Source: a bacterium (GTDB lineage: Bacteria > Zhuqueibacterota > Zhuqueibacteria > Oceanimicrobiales > Oceanimicrobiaceae). Taken from it: a DNA stretch of 64,000 bases. The notes beneath the pieces were generated by a model. That model was given only the letters and a program-made list of their open reading frames with translations, searched no databases and was not told where the DNA came from. The stretch lies in assembly GCA_046757025.1 (NCBI GenBank), contig JBHHXN010000006.1, positions 1 through 64,000 on the forward strand, given 5' to 3'. The position numbers and the translations under genes were made by a program. Below are positions 10,651-20,955 of the stretch, piece after piece. Numbering within the stretch: position 1 is the stretch's first letter; each line of letters opens with the position of its first letter.

Positions 10651-12129
10651 TTAATTTAATTGAAATTCCGGCAGTCGGATCAATTGGATGAGAAATTCCG
10701 TCACTTGTCTTTCTGCACCTGGGTAGTGCAGAGACCAATCATCCGGGTCGGCGCTGCCCACCAGCACCGACAACAAAAACTCAAAGGTTTCGTTGTCAAT
10801 TGGCATGCGCAACAGGTGGCTAACCATGGCCTGCGCCAGTTCGGGAGCGCGGCTGATGCCAAATTCACTGCCAAATTTCATGGCATTGAATTTGATGGGG
10901 GTACGTCTGCTGTCAGGATTTTTATATAATCCGCCATGAAGGTAGCTCTCGGTGAAAGTATTTCGAGTGACGTAGGTGGTGGGGGAAATCCACGACCTTT
11001 GCCCCGGCCAGCCTGCGACATTTGGTGGATTAAACAATTCCTGATTCAAAGCTTTCGTGGCATTCAAAACATAATTCAGGTCCAGCTTTTCCACCGCAAA
11101 CAGCCGGGCGTTGCTGACGGCCATTTCCACTGGCGATTTGATCAAGGCAGCCAAAGCCTTATCGCTGTAAAAATGTGCGCTGTTGAACAATTTTCGTAGT
11201 ACTGGTTTGATCTCATATTCCTGGCTGCGAAAAGTCTCTGCCAGCTCCGCTACAAAATCCTCGTCCAATTCACGGCTGATAAAAAATTTGTACAGCTTGC
11301 GGCAAATATGCACCGCGGTTTGTGGCTGCTGCAACACGATGTCGATGATGTCGTCGCTGTTCCAGTTGCCGCTGCGGCCCAAGAAAGTTTTTCGGCCGCT
11401 GTCAAACCTTCTGGGATTTAGAAATGAGGTTAAGGTTTTCGAGTCGATCTGCCAGCCTGTGAATGCGCGCGCGGCTTCTTTGATATCGTTTTCGGTGTAA
11501 TTGCCGATGCCCATAGTAAATAGTTCCAGCAGCTCTCTGGCAAAATTTTCGTTGGGTTGTTTGGATTTGTTTTGCACGCCGTTTAAGTACAAAAGCATGG
11601 CCGGATCTTTATAAATGGCTTTCAGAAAATGACCAAAGTTTCCCAAAGCGTGGCGCCTTAACGTGTGGTTCTGAATGTAGAGATACTGCGCAAGTTGGAC
11701 GCTTTTTTCATTAGAGGTAAAATGCCCGTGCCAGTAAAACGTCATTTTTTCGCGCAGGTTCAAAACTGAGCTCATCATCCGCTGCAGCCACCAGCCGCGC
11801 AGCTCTTTCACGCGCTTTCGGTTTTGCTGACGCCAGGCCTTCTGCTGATCTTTGGATAAGGCGCGAAAGGCTTGCCGATCAAATGGCTCGGCTACCCAGT
11901 CCCCCGGCGGCTCCGGCAAATCGTCTTCAAAGAGAAGTTTTTCAACGATCTCGGTTAAAGCAAATGGCTGCAGTTCTTTAATCTCAGCAACCGTGGCGCC
12001 AAAACTGGCTCGGTTGAGTAGATGTTGTAGTTTATTCTGCTGGCTTCGAAACATTCGCCGAGGTTGCCTGCTTCTCGTTTTCGAATTTTTGGATTGATGA
12101 GACCGCATTTTGTTAATTTTAGTGTTCAT
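10651..12129 (-). CDS. DUF1800 family protein
   Basis: HLLNRASFG, LREKMTFYWHGHF, DPAMLLYLN, PNENFARELLELFTMG, PPNVAGW; start at MNTKINK behind GGAG (ORF track extends to 12183). Confidence 0.9.
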   Translation of the reverse strand: MNTKINKMRSHQSKNSKTRSRQPRRMFRSQQNKLQHLLNRASFGATVAEIKELQPFALTEIVEKLLFEDDLPEPPGDWVAEPFDRQAFRALSKDQQKAWRQQNRKRVKELRGWWLQRMMSSVLNLREKMTFYWHGHFTSNEKSVQLAQYLYIQNHTLRRHALGNFGHFLKAIYKDPAMLLYLNGVQNKSKQPNENFARELLELFTMGIGNYTENDIKEAARAFTGWQIDSKTLTSFLNPRRFDSGRKTFLGRSGNWNSDDIIDIVLQQPQTAVHICRKLYKFFISRELDEDFVAELAETFRSQEYEIKPVLRKLFNSAHFYSDKALAALIKSPVEMAVSNARLFAVEKLDLNYVLNATKALNQELFNPPNVAGWPGQRSWISPTTYVTRNTFTESYLHGGLYKNPDSRRTPIKFNAMKFGSEFGISRAPELAQAMVSHLLRMPIDNETFEFLLSVLVGSADPDDWSLHYPGAERQVTEFLIQLIRLPEFQLN

Positions 12130-12179
12130 GGTTCCACTCCGAAACTGACTTATTTCTAAGTGAGATTCCTGATGGGAAA

Positions 12180-13715
12180 TCATTTGACCAGCATCATACG
12201 CCGCGTCTGTTGAAATTCCCCTGCTTGAATCTTTAAAAAATAGACGCCGCTGGCATGACCATTTGCCTGCCAGACGATCTCGTGTCGGCCAGCATTTTGT
12301 GTTTCATCCACCAGCACAGACACCTGCTGTCCCAAACTATTGTGAATGACCAGTTTCACGTGTGCAGTTCGTGCCAAACCATATTTTATGGTGGTTTGCG
12401 GATTAAACGGATTGGGGTAATTTTGCTGGAGATAATGGTCCTTCGGAGCGGCGGCGGTTTCGCGGACGGAGGTGGTTTGATCGATTAAATTCAATTGCGT
12501 GAAGCTGCTGCCGAGAATGGCGGCGGCGTCACCAACTAGCCACTGCTCGATGAGCGAGGCGTAAATTTGCCGGAAATCCACCAGGAATTTCAGGTCGCCG
12601 TCGTCCAGATCCGTGAGACTGGGATGCGGATTGTGCACGCCGGCGATCACCGGTTTGCCAAAAAAGAACATGGGAGCGGCGGTGCCGTGATCGGTGCCCT
12701 GGCTGGCGTTTTGCTTGACGCGTCGGCCAAATTCAGAAAAGCAAAAGCCGGCCACGCGCTCGGCCAGCCCAAATTGTTCGATGTCTTTTTGAAATGTGTG
12801 CACCGCCTGAGTCAGTTGCTCCAGAAGACCGCGCTGGGTGTTAGCCTGAAAAGCGTGCGTGTCAAATCCCCGTAAGCTCACAATATAAATGCGCGTGCTC
12901 AAACCGCCGGCGATCAATCGCGCCACAATCGCTAATTGCTGCGACAGAGAGTCGTTTTGATAGGGTACCTTATTTTCATTTTTTTCATAAGCTTCCACAA
13001 TTTCACCGGCAAATTGAAACGCCGCGGCTTCGGTTTCTCGTAGAAATTCCAGTTCGCGTTCCGCAGGTGTGGTGGGTTCAATGATGGGCAGCGGTTCATG
13101 ATCGCTTCCCAATCGTCTTGCCAGGTTATAAAATTGTACAGGATTTTGCAGGGCAATGCCTTTTTGTTCGCGCCCCAGCAGCGCCAAAGAAGAAGTGAGC
13201 CCAATCTGGATGGCCGGCGGTCCCAGAGTGCCGCATTCCTCGCCTTCCGGGCACACCAAATCAAAATACCGGCCCAGCCAGCCGGTATCGACAACTTCCT
13301 CTGAGCTGGAACCGGTGAGCCAGATATCGGTTGAGCGAAAGTGCGAGCGGTTGGGCTGCGGGTAACCCACACCCTGCACGATGCCCAGACTGCCTTCGTT
13401 CAGTAAGGTTTTAAATTTGGCCATGGCCGGGTGAAGTCCAATTTCCTGATCCAGGGTGATGACTTCGTTTTTGGGAATGGCCAGTTGCGGCCGCTGCTGG
13501 TAGTAAATGTCGTTTTGAAAGGGAATGACGGTGTTCATACCATCGTTCCCGCCAGCAAGCTGCACCAGCACTAAAACGCGGCCGTCATCCGGAAAATTTT
13601 GCAGGCCATGCGACCGACCAAATTTTTTCAGCGGTTTGGAAAATGACCACATTGGCCACACCAGCGGCAGACCCGCTATCGGCATCATGATTTGTATAAA
13701 TTCTCGACGTTTCAT
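12180..13715 (-). CDS. DUF1501 family protein with twin-arginine-like signal and C-terminal Por/T9SS-like domain
   Basis: MKRREFIQ; QLAGGNDGMNTVIP, SHFRSTDIW, GFDTH, SEFGRR, GTDHG; C-terminal LQQNYPNPFNP...SGVYFLKI...RRMMLVK. Confidence 0.9.
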   Translation of the reverse strand: MKRREFIQIMMPIAGLPLVWPMWSFSKPLKKFGRSHGLQNFPDDGRVLVLVQLAGGNDGMNTVIPFQNDIYYQQRPQLAIPKNEVITLDQEIGLHPAMAKFKTLLNEGSLGIVQGVGYPQPNRSHFRSTDIWLTGSSSEEVVDTGWLGRYFDLVCPEGEECGTLGPPAIQIGLTSSLALLGREQKGIALQNPVQFYNLARRLGSDHEPLPIIEPTTPAERELEFLRETEAAAFQFAGEIVEAYEKNENKVPYQNDSLSQQLAIVARLIAGGLSTRIYIVSLRGFDTHAFQANTQRGLLEQLTQAVHTFQKDIEQFGLAERVAGFCFSEFGRRVKQNASQGTDHGTAAPMFFFGKPVIAGVHNPHPSLTDLDDGDLKFLVDFRQIYASLIEQWLVGDAAAILGSSFTQLNLIDQTTSVRETAAAPKDHYLQQNYPNPFNPQTTIKYGLARTAHVKLVIHNSLGQQVSVLVDETQNAGRHEIVWQANGHASGVYFLKIQAGEFQQTRRMMLVK

Positions 13716-13789
13716 CGTACTATCCTTTCAAAAACAGATTTATTATTTAAACGTGGTAGATGGCAAATTATTGTGTTCATGCACCCGAG

Positions 13790-15442
13790 TTAGGTAAGAT
13801 GGTATTCCGGCAGACGCAATATTTGAATAACGAATTCGGTGACCAGGCGATCGGCGCCCGGATAATCCAGCGACCAGTCGTTTGGGGCGGCGGTTCCGAC
13901 CAAAGTCTGCAGCAAAAACTCGGACGTAACCTCATCCAACGGCCGGCTGACCAGGTAATTGATGATGGCGTTCGCCAACTCGGGAGCAGTTGGAATGCCA
14001 AAGCTGCGGGCAAATTTCATGGGATTAAATTCAATCACGGGCTGGTTCGTTACCGGATCGCGCACGAGATTTTCATTGACAAATATTTCAGATACGGTGT
14101 TGCGGAGAACATAGGTGGTGGGCGAAATCCACGCCCTCTGGCCCGGCCAGCCCGCCACATTCGGCGGATTTAGCAATTCCTGATCGAGAATAGCTGCCAC
14201 CGTCAACAAAAAGTAAACATCGGCCTTTTCCACAGAAAGTTTCCTGGCATTACCGACCACCAGCTCGATGGGAGATTTGATGAGAGAAGCCCTGACGTTT
14301 GCGTTATAAAAATGCTCGCTGGTGAACAGACTTCGCAGCACGGGTTTGATTTCATAGTTGTTTGCTCGAAAAACCGCAGCCAGGTCCTGAACGTACTCCT
14401 CATCCACTTCACGACTGATGAAAAACTCGTAAAATTTTCTACAAATAAACGTGGCGGTTTGCGGTTGTTTCAGAATGAGGTCGATGATATCGTCACCGTC
14501 AAAATTGCCTCGTTCACCTAAAAATGATTTAACGCCATAGTCGTGTAAATTCGGATTGAAGAAAGAAGTCAAATTGTAGGGATCAATCTCCCAACCCGTG
14601 AAGGCGCGTGCGGCTTCTTTGATGTCGTCTTCTGTATAATTCCCAATGCCCATGGTGAACAGCTCCATCAGCTCCCGGGCAAAATTTTCATTGGGAGCTG
14701 TCACCACGTTTTGCGCCCCGTTGAGGTAGAGCAGCATGCCGGGATCTTTGTACACGTTTTTGAGAAAATCTCCGAAATTGCCCAAAGCGTGCTTGCGATA
14801 GGTGTCATTTTGTTTGAACAAAAACTGCGCGAGCTCGGCTGAGCTGATGTCGGTGGTGAAGTGTCCGTGCCAGAAAAAGGTCATCTTCTCGCGTAGATTT
14901 ATTGCCGAACTCATCATCAATTCTAACATCCAAACCCGTAAATCATTGATGCGTTCGATATTTTGTACGAAATAGGCTTGCTTTTCGGACTCGGTCCATT
15001 TGAGGTACTGTTGCAGGTCAAAGGGCTCCGTCACCCATTCGCCTGGCGGCGTAGGCAGGGCCGGCTCGGTTAGCAATTCCTCCACAATTTCCGCGATGGA
15101 GTTGGACTCCAATTCTTTTAGTTCGGCGAAGGTGGCGCCAAAACCGGCGCGTGCCAGTAAATGCTTAACTTGCTCTGAATGAGACGAAGCGGAGCTGCTT
15201 GTCTGAGCAAGGTCGTTTAACGTTTGCCAATCGTGATGGCGCTCCATATTTTCTGAATTCTGAAAGTCCTTTTCAGGCCTCGCGGTGTGCTGAAAATTTC
15301 TCTGCCATTTTTGATAGTTGGTTGCGTCGATCAAATGATTCAGTGCGGTGGTGGGTAAGATCGGTAAATAGGTGGCCGGTTTCTTGCGAGACGATTCTCG
15401 TTTGTACCGGGCAAAAACGGATGTTTGATTCGGATATTTCAT
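13790..15442 (-). CDS. DUF1800 family protein (second paralog)
   Basis: HLLARAGFG, LREKMTFFWHGHF, PNENFARELMELFTMG, PPNVAGW. Confidence 0.9.
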   Translation of the reverse strand: MKYPNQTSVFARYKRESSRKKPATYLPILPTTALNHLIDATNYQKWQRNFQHTARPEKDFQNSENMERHHDWQTLNDLAQTSSSASSHSEQVKHLLARAGFGATFAELKELESNSIAEIVEELLTEPALPTPPGEWVTEPFDLQQYLKWTESEKQAYFVQNIERINDLRVWMLELMMSSAINLREKMTFFWHGHFTTDISSAELAQFLFKQNDTYRKHALGNFGDFLKNVYKDPGMLLYLNGAQNVVTAPNENFARELMELFTMGIGNYTEDDIKEAARAFTGWEIDPYNLTSFFNPNLHDYGVKSFLGERGNFDGDDIIDLILKQPQTATFICRKFYEFFISREVDEEYVQDLAAVFRANNYEIKPVLRSLFTSEHFYNANVRASLIKSPIELVVGNARKLSVEKADVYFLLTVAAILDQELLNPPNVAGWPGQRAWISPTTYVLRNTVSEIFVNENLVRDPVTNQPVIEFNPMKFARSFGIPTAPELANAIINYLVSRPLDEVTSEFLLQTLVGTAAPNDWSLDYPGADRLVTEFVIQILRLPEYHLT

Positions 15443-15913
15443 ACAACACTCCTTTGACCGTGCGTGAGTTTTTAATTAAAGGAAAGAAATCTAAGGTGTT
15501 TAATTGAGAAGTGCAGTGACTATATGTATAAAAATAATTTTTCTCACATTCAAGGAGTTTTTTTGTTTTCTAAGAAATTCTTAAAAAGAAGAGGTGCAAC
15601 TTTCAGGTTGCAGAGGTCTGAAGCCCGACCACCCCTCCGCATTGTTTTTGTAAAAGCCGGATTTTCTGTAAAAATCAGGAACCACATAAAACGGTGATTT
15701 GATCATCTGCGTTTGTTAGGGGGGCAATAACTCGAGAAAGACGGTTAGCTTGCATATTATCCAGTGGGGGAAAATCGCCGAAGGCATTTATATTTTAACC
15801 AGACTAATTCATTGACAATTATATCAAGAATTTTTATTTTTCTACACGGGCATTTCACATCTCTGTTCAATTAATTCAAATTATCCGATTAAAAACAAAT
15901 TCTTTGTAAAATA

Positions 15914-17503
15914 GTGAAAGTTTTTGAACTTTTCATGAGCAAAGGCAATACCATGAAGATTAAAAACCGAGTCATTGGTGGAAATGCGTTCGTTATTGGA
16001 AGCTTGTTGGCGATTTTTGTACTTGGCAGGCATTCAACTGTCCTGGGGCAACAAAGCAGCGAAAAAATACGAATAGCGGTGGCACGATTCTCCCATGAAA
16101 CCTGCACCTTTTGCCCGAAACCCACAACCGTTGCCGATTGGGAATATTACGGCCCTCCAACTCGCGAGATACTCAATTCCAATCGCGGATACATCGGCGG
16201 CTTCAAATCATTTTGTGATGAGATGGGCGGAGTGGAGCTGGTGCCCATCCTTTCGCCACGTGGTGCCAGAGGCGGCTCTTCTGGAAGCTGGATAACAAAA
16301 AAGGCGTTTGACAAATATACGGGCTTGATCGCAGAAGATATCCAGGCAGCGGGTGAGCTCGATGGCGTGTTTCTATCCTTGCACGGTGCCATGGCCGTCA
16401 CCGACGTTCCAAAGCCGGAAGCCGAAATCGTACGCCGGGTGCGCAAAGTGGTGGGAGATATTCCCATCATGATAACACTGGATTTACACGCAAATGAAGA
16501 CCACGAGCTTTCCGATGCCGCCGATGCGGTATTTATTGTGAAACGCTACCCGCACTACGACGCCACGTTACAGGGGGAGCGGGCGGCCCGGGTCATGCTC
16601 AAAACCATCCGCGGCACGTACAAACCGGTGATGGCCACTCGCAAGCCAGGAGTGATTACCCCCAGTGTGTTTCAGGGCACCGGTGTGTCCCCGGCCATGG
16701 ATATCATGGAACGGGCGCGCCGATGGGAATGCCGGGAGAGAGATGTGTACGTTTCGGTCGCTTTCGGATTTGCCTACGCCGATGTGCCGGAAGTCGGGGC
16801 CACGGTCATGGTGGTGGCCAACGACTCGCTGAAGCTGGCGGAAAAAATTGCCGACGACATGTCAGACTACATCTGGCGGATGCGCAAGGAGTTTGCCGGC
16901 AAAAAACTGCCCAAACCCCGAGAGGGTGTGGCACGAGCGCTGAGTGCGGTAAAAGCGGGTCGAGCGCCAGTGGTCATCGCCGATCACAGCGATCGCACCG
17001 GCGGCTCTACGCATATTTTGCAGGAGCTCATCCAGCAAGGGGCCAGGAATTTTTGCATCGCCACTTTGCGTGATGAAAAAGCCATCGAAAAATTGCAAGC
17101 CACCGCAAAAGTGGGTCACAAGGTCAGCCTTGCACTCGGTGGCTATTCGGATAAATTTGCTGGAAATCCAGTGCAGGTTGAAGGTACCCTGACCTATCTT
17201 GGACAATACGGCCGGGATGCCACGGCCGTACTCAAGATTGGTGAAAATAATTATGTCATTCTAACCGAGCATTTGCGGCAGGTTACCGACACCAACATTT
17301 TTGCACCTTTAGGCATTGATTTCGAAAAACTGGAATTGATCGTACTGAAATCGCGTGTGCATTTTCGCCGAGGATATCATGAAACCGGCATCGCCGGAGC
17401 CATTATAGAAATTGACGCACCTGGATGGGGTCCAGCCGATCTGACTACTCTGCCTTTTAAAAATATTCCAAAAGATATTTATCCGGTTTACGTTACAAAA
17501 TAG
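15914..17503 (+). CDS. M81 family metallopeptidase (MlrC-like), exported
   Basis: HETCTF, LSLHGAM, LDLHAN, RYPHYD, ADHSDRTGG, LKSRVHFR; N-terminal hydrophobic signal. Confidence 0.9.
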   Translation: MKVFELFMSKGNTMKIKNRVIGGNAFVIGSLLAIFVLGRHSTVLGQQSSEKIRIAVARFSHETCTFCPKPTTVADWEYYGPPTREILNSNRGYIGGFKSFCDEMGGVELVPILSPRGARGGSSGSWITKKAFDKYTGLIAEDIQAAGELDGVFLSLHGAMAVTDVPKPEAEIVRRVRKVVGDIPIMITLDLHANEDHELSDAADAVFIVKRYPHYDATLQGERAARVMLKTIRGTYKPVMATRKPGVITPSVFQGTGVSPAMDIMERARRWECRERDVYVSVAFGFAYADVPEVGATVMVVANDSLKLAEKIADDMSDYIWRMRKEFAGKKLPKPREGVARALSAVKAGRAPVVIADHSDRTGGSTHILQELIQQGARNFCIATLRDEKAIEKLQATAKVGHKVSLALGGYSDKFAGNPVQVEGTLTYLGQYGRDATAVLKIGENNYVILTEHLRQVTDTNIFAPLGIDFEKLELIVLKSRVHFRRGYHETGIAGAIIEIDAPGWGPADLTTLPFKNIPKDIYPVYVTK

Positions 17504-17712
17504 CACCTAACGATCTTAAAATTCAACTATCCATTTCAAAAAGAAAAAGAGCTTTTACATTGAGAGATCTTGATTTCACCCACAGTTGAACGTTGACTTC
17601 GTCGAAGAATCTTGCGATTTGGATATAGCTTAGGCAGAGAAGGAAAAGCGACTTAATTTTGTAAGAGATGTGTTTCTATAGAACAAATCAGAAAACGGCT
17701 GCGTAAATTAAC

Positions 17713-17871
17713 TAGTGAATGACCGATAACGACCCGGTCTTCCCGAAGGCCTCCTGGCCGAGGTTGAATTCCTGCATGGCTCGGCGGGGCTTGTCCTGAA
17801 CTTTGTCGATGGGACGCCTTCGCGAAGAGGTTTTTAAATCGCGCATTTTTCTAGTTTCCGTTCAGACCCTG
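17713..17871 (+). repeat. Dispersed MITE-like repeat, family A copy 1
   Basis: Core TCTTCCCGAAGGCCTCCTGGCCGAGG...CTCGGC...CCTTCGCGAAGA shared with 35557-35691 and 48843-48977. Confidence 0.8.
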
Positions 17872-17985
17872 ACTAAAACCAAATTAAGCGATTTGGCGTT
17901 GAATTGTCTGATCATGGAGTTTAAGTGTTCAGAATAATGGGTGTTCACGCCTCAAGCGTGTTTTTCCCTCAACCCAGCAAACTGA

Positions 17986-18166
17986 AGAGACTGTGTGAAA
18001 AAGTGATATCGTGGCGAAAAATCCAATGCGCCATTATTGTCATCCCGCAACTGCGGGATATTTTTAATAAACAACACTTTACTTCAAAACAAAAAAGATT
18101 CCTCCTGCTTGTCCTACAATGCGGGGAAAGATAAAAGCCCGGAAGTTGACTTTTCACACAGGCTCT
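17986..18166. mobile_element. MITE-like element, family B copy 1
   Basis: Ends AGAGACTGTGTGAAAA / TTTTCACACAGGCTCT; same ends as 28030-28186; no transposase. Confidence 0.65.
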
Positions 18167-18262
18167 GAAGCTTTTACATTGTTCCCATTCGGTCAGGAAT
18201 CGCGCCTTTTAGGTAAAAGGATTTTTTTCGTTTGAATTGATTCACGCTAAAATTCATAAAAC

Positions 18263-18667
18263 ATGCAAAAACATTTTAAAAGAGACCTCAAATCACTGGA
18301 AAAGATCTTTACCTTCATCGATGCTTTTTGTGATCAGAATCAGATCGACGAATCGGTTTCGTTTACGCTCAAATTAGTCGTTGAAGAGTTGTTCACAAAT
18401 ATGGTTAAATACAATGACGTGAGTCAACATGCCATACTATTAGAACTCAGCAAGCAAGACCAAAATCTGATTATCCGATTAACCGATCCGGATGCGGAGG
18501 CATTTGACATCACCAAAACAAAAGATGTGAAAGTAGATAAGCACCTGCAAGATCGAAAAGTGGGCGGGCTGGGAATTCATTTAGTAAAAAAATTTGTGGA
18601 TCAGATTGATTACGAATATGAAAATCGAAAAAGCCAAATTACGTTAACCAAACATCTGGAGAAATAA
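18263..18667 (+). CDS. RsbW/SpoIIAB-like anti-sigma Ser kinase (HATPase_c-like)
   Basis: N-box VVEELFTNMVKY, G-box GGLGIHLVKKFVD. Confidence 0.9.
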   Translation: MQKHFKRDLKSLEKIFTFIDAFCDQNQIDESVSFTLKLVVEELFTNMVKYNDVSQHAILLELSKQDQNLIIRLTDPDAEAFDITKTKDVKVDKHLQDRKVGGLGIHLVKKFVDQIDYEYENRKSQITLTKHLEK

Positions 18668-18668
18668 A

Positions 18669-18953
18669 ATGTTCGACATTAAAATTGCTGAAAATGGTGA
18701 TATTTCCCTGTCGGGCCGATGGGACGCTTCGCAAGTTGAAAAGGCGCAAGTTGTTTTCGATACCATTGAAAAATCCACCACCGTCAATTTTAAGGATTTG
18801 GAATACATTTCCAGTGCGGGCTTGAGCGTGTTGCTGGGAACCCAAAAACGATTGAGTGAAATCGATGCCAGCCTGAAATTGATCAATTTGAACAAATATG
18901 TTGGAGATGTTTTCCGCTACGCCGGTTTTGATGCCGTCTTTGATATTTCTTAA
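18669..18953 (+). CDS. STAS-domain anti-anti-sigma factor (RsbV/SpoIIAA-like)
   Basis: LSGRWDAS and phosphoacceptor motif LEYISSAGL. Confidence 0.9.
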   Translation: MFDIKIAENGDISLSGRWDASQVEKAQVVFDTIEKSTTVNFKDLEYISSAGLSVLLGTQKRLSEIDASLKLINLNKYVGDVFRYAGFDAVFDIS

Positions 18954-18968
18954 TAACCTAAATTTTGT

Positions 18969-18997
18969 TTGACATTAGAGCTTGCTGTACTTATATT
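18969..18997 (+). promoter_or_regulatory. Putative sigma70-type promoter about 390 nt upstream of the ECF sigma gene
   Basis: TTGACA-17 nt-TATATT. Confidence 0.5.
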
Positions 18998-19387
18998 GTG
19001 TCAAATGTTTAACAAAACAAGCGCCCTACTCTTGTTTAACACTTTGTTGTTTGAATTTCAAATACTCTGGGGTGTATTTTAAACGGTAGGTTGGTTCCAT
19101 TGTATTCTTATTTCCTTTCTAAATTGATATCAAATCTTATTCCTGAAACCTGTTTCGCAAATTCATGTGGATTGATGATTTTTCAGGTCTGTTAAAATTG
19201 TCATCAATTTAATAAATTCAACATTTCCTGAAATGTACGAGTAAACATTTGCATCCAATTGTGCATGCTGTGTTTAAAATAGCATTTATCATGAAGCAAG
19301 CATGGACTATTGGGGAATGGGTTGTAGTCTTTTTATTTAAAAACTATCGCAATTATTTACCAACTTTTAAAAAGATAAATTGTAATT

Positions 19388-19945
19388 ATGATTGAACCAT
19401 CAGATAATGACTTGGTGAAAGTGTGTTTGAAGGGTAAAATAGCGGCGTTCGAAACGTTGATCGAACGCTATCAAAAACCCATCTTCAATTTGGCATTTAG
19501 GATGCTCAATGATTACGAGGATGCACAGGATGTCGCACAAACTGTTTTTGTGAAAGCCTTTGAAAAACTGGCTACGTTTAACTTCCGTTTCAAATTTTTT
19601 AGTTGGATTTACCGAATCGCAGTAAATGAATCACTCAATGTTATTAATCAGAGACAGCAAATCGAACAGTTAGATCACAATCTCAATCTCATTTCTGAAG
19701 AAAAATCACCTGCAGAGCATTATCAAAATCGCGAATTAAATCGAAAAATTCAAATGGCTCTAATGAATCTTAAAATCGATTACCGTGCGGTTATTGTGCT
19801 CAGATATTTTGAAGAATTCTCCTATAATGAAATGAGCTATATCCTTGAGATTCCTGAAAAGACGGTGAAGTCTCGTTTGTTCTCAGCGAGGCAGCAATTA
19901 CGAAAGATTTTATTACTGAAAGGGTATATTGAAAATGATGGATGA
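19388..19945 (+). CDS. ECF RNA polymerase sigma factor
   Basis: Region 2 DAQDVAQTVFVKAF...FFSWIYRIAVN; region 4 SYNEMSYILEIPEKTVKSRLFSAR. Confidence 0.95.
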   Translation: MIEPSDNDLVKVCLKGKIAAFETLIERYQKPIFNLAFRMLNDYEDAQDVAQTVFVKAFEKLATFNFRFKFFSWIYRIAVNESLNVINQRQQIEQLDHNLNLISEEKSPAEHYQNRELNRKIQMALMNLKIDYRAVIVLRYFEEFSYNEMSYILEIPEKTVKSRLFSARQQLRKILLLKGYIENDG

Positions 19946-20711
19946 GAAACAGATTGCGCTAATCAATAAAGCCATGGATGGAGAAATCTCTGAAGATGAA
20001 CAAGCGGAAGTTGAAGAGTTATTGTCCAAAAACGAGGAAGCCAGAACTTATCATGATGAGCTGCAAAAACTAAAATCGATGTTTGATGAGGTGGCGGCGG
20101 TCGAACCGCCCGCCGATCTGAAAAAGAATATCTTAAATATCATCCCGACTCATAAATATCAACAAACGCCGCAGAAAGGATTGTTCAGATCTTTTTTTGA
20201 AAACTTTAGATTCGATTTTAATTTCAACTATGTTTATGCTTTTGCTTTTGGCCTGGTGTCCGGTATTTTTATCTTTACTTTTTCCAACAACGTCATTCCG
20301 CCGAGTACTCGCGACATAAGTGGTGCCCTGATTGGCGAAAACGCAATGGAAAAATTCAGCACTCTTGAACAGCAGAAATTCAAAGTTGCTGAATTAACCG
20401 GTACCGTTGAATTAAAGTGGCATCAGAATGTATGTTTGCTTGCAATTGAGCTGAGCTCGAAAACGGCTGTCGATTTGGTTGTGAATTTTGATGACCTCCT
20501 TGTTCGCTTCCTGGGATTCCTTCCTCAAAAAATCGAAAAAATGGATTTAGGCGTAACAGAAAATACAGTAAACCTTTCGCATGGCGGAGCTTTGCGATAT
20601 GCTTTGTTGTTTGAAGTTCGGAACGAGCCAGAATCTTTGTTCGAATTAACGATTCTCTCTGCTGAAGGGGAAGTGCTATTTATAAAGGAATATTCATCGC
20701 CCGAAAAGTAA
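19929..20711 (+). CDS. Putative membrane anti-sigma factor
   Basis: Overlaps sigma stop; degenerate anti-sigma domain (KAMDGEIS...ARTYHDEL) lacking the zinc-binding cysteines; one TM (YVYAFAFGLVSGIFIFTF); extracytoplasmic C-terminal domain. Confidence 0.75.
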   Translation: MKMMDEKQIALINKAMDGEISEDEQAEVEELLSKNEEARTYHDELQKLKSMFDEVAAVEPPADLKKNILNIIPTHKYQQTPQKGLFRSFFENFRFDFNFNYVYAFAFGLVSGIFIFTFSNNVIPPSTRDISGALIGENAMEKFSTLEQQKFKVAELTGTVELKWHQNVCLLAIELSSKTAVDLVVNFDDLLVRFLGFLPQKIEKMDLGVTENTVNLSHGGALRYALLFEVRNEPESLFELTILSAEGEVLFIKEYSSPEK

Positions 20712-20722
20712 TTTCTGTCAAT

Positions 20723-20844
20723 TTGAGACTGTTCAATAATTAGGTTTTGCCAACACAGACATACAATATATAGACATAGTATCCACGACACATGCAATAT
20801 ATCGTATCCGTTTTCAGGAATTTTGAATTATTGAACAGTCTCAA
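20723..20844. mobile_element. MITE-like element with perfect 19-bp terminal inverted repeat
   Basis: TTGAGACTGTTCAATAATT (20723-20741) / AATTATTGAACAGTCTCAA (20826-20844). Confidence 0.6.
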
Positions 20845-20955
20845 TTTATGTCTTTTTAATGAAACAATCCCAACCTGTTTCACTCAAGATGGTATTTCGA
20901 GTAAGCAGTGTTAAAAAAATATTAAAACCAATATTCATAATTAATGGAGGTAACT

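Noticed and set aside
15500..15900. Possible riboswitch or ncRNA in the long divergent intergenic region
   Set aside because: Only short palindromes; no riboswitch consensus I can recognise
19304..20885. ECF-type promoter candidates (GGACT...GTCT at 19304-19330; GAAAC...ACTC at 20861-20885)
   Set aside because: The motifs are short, do not agree well with each other, and cannot be told from chance without TSS data
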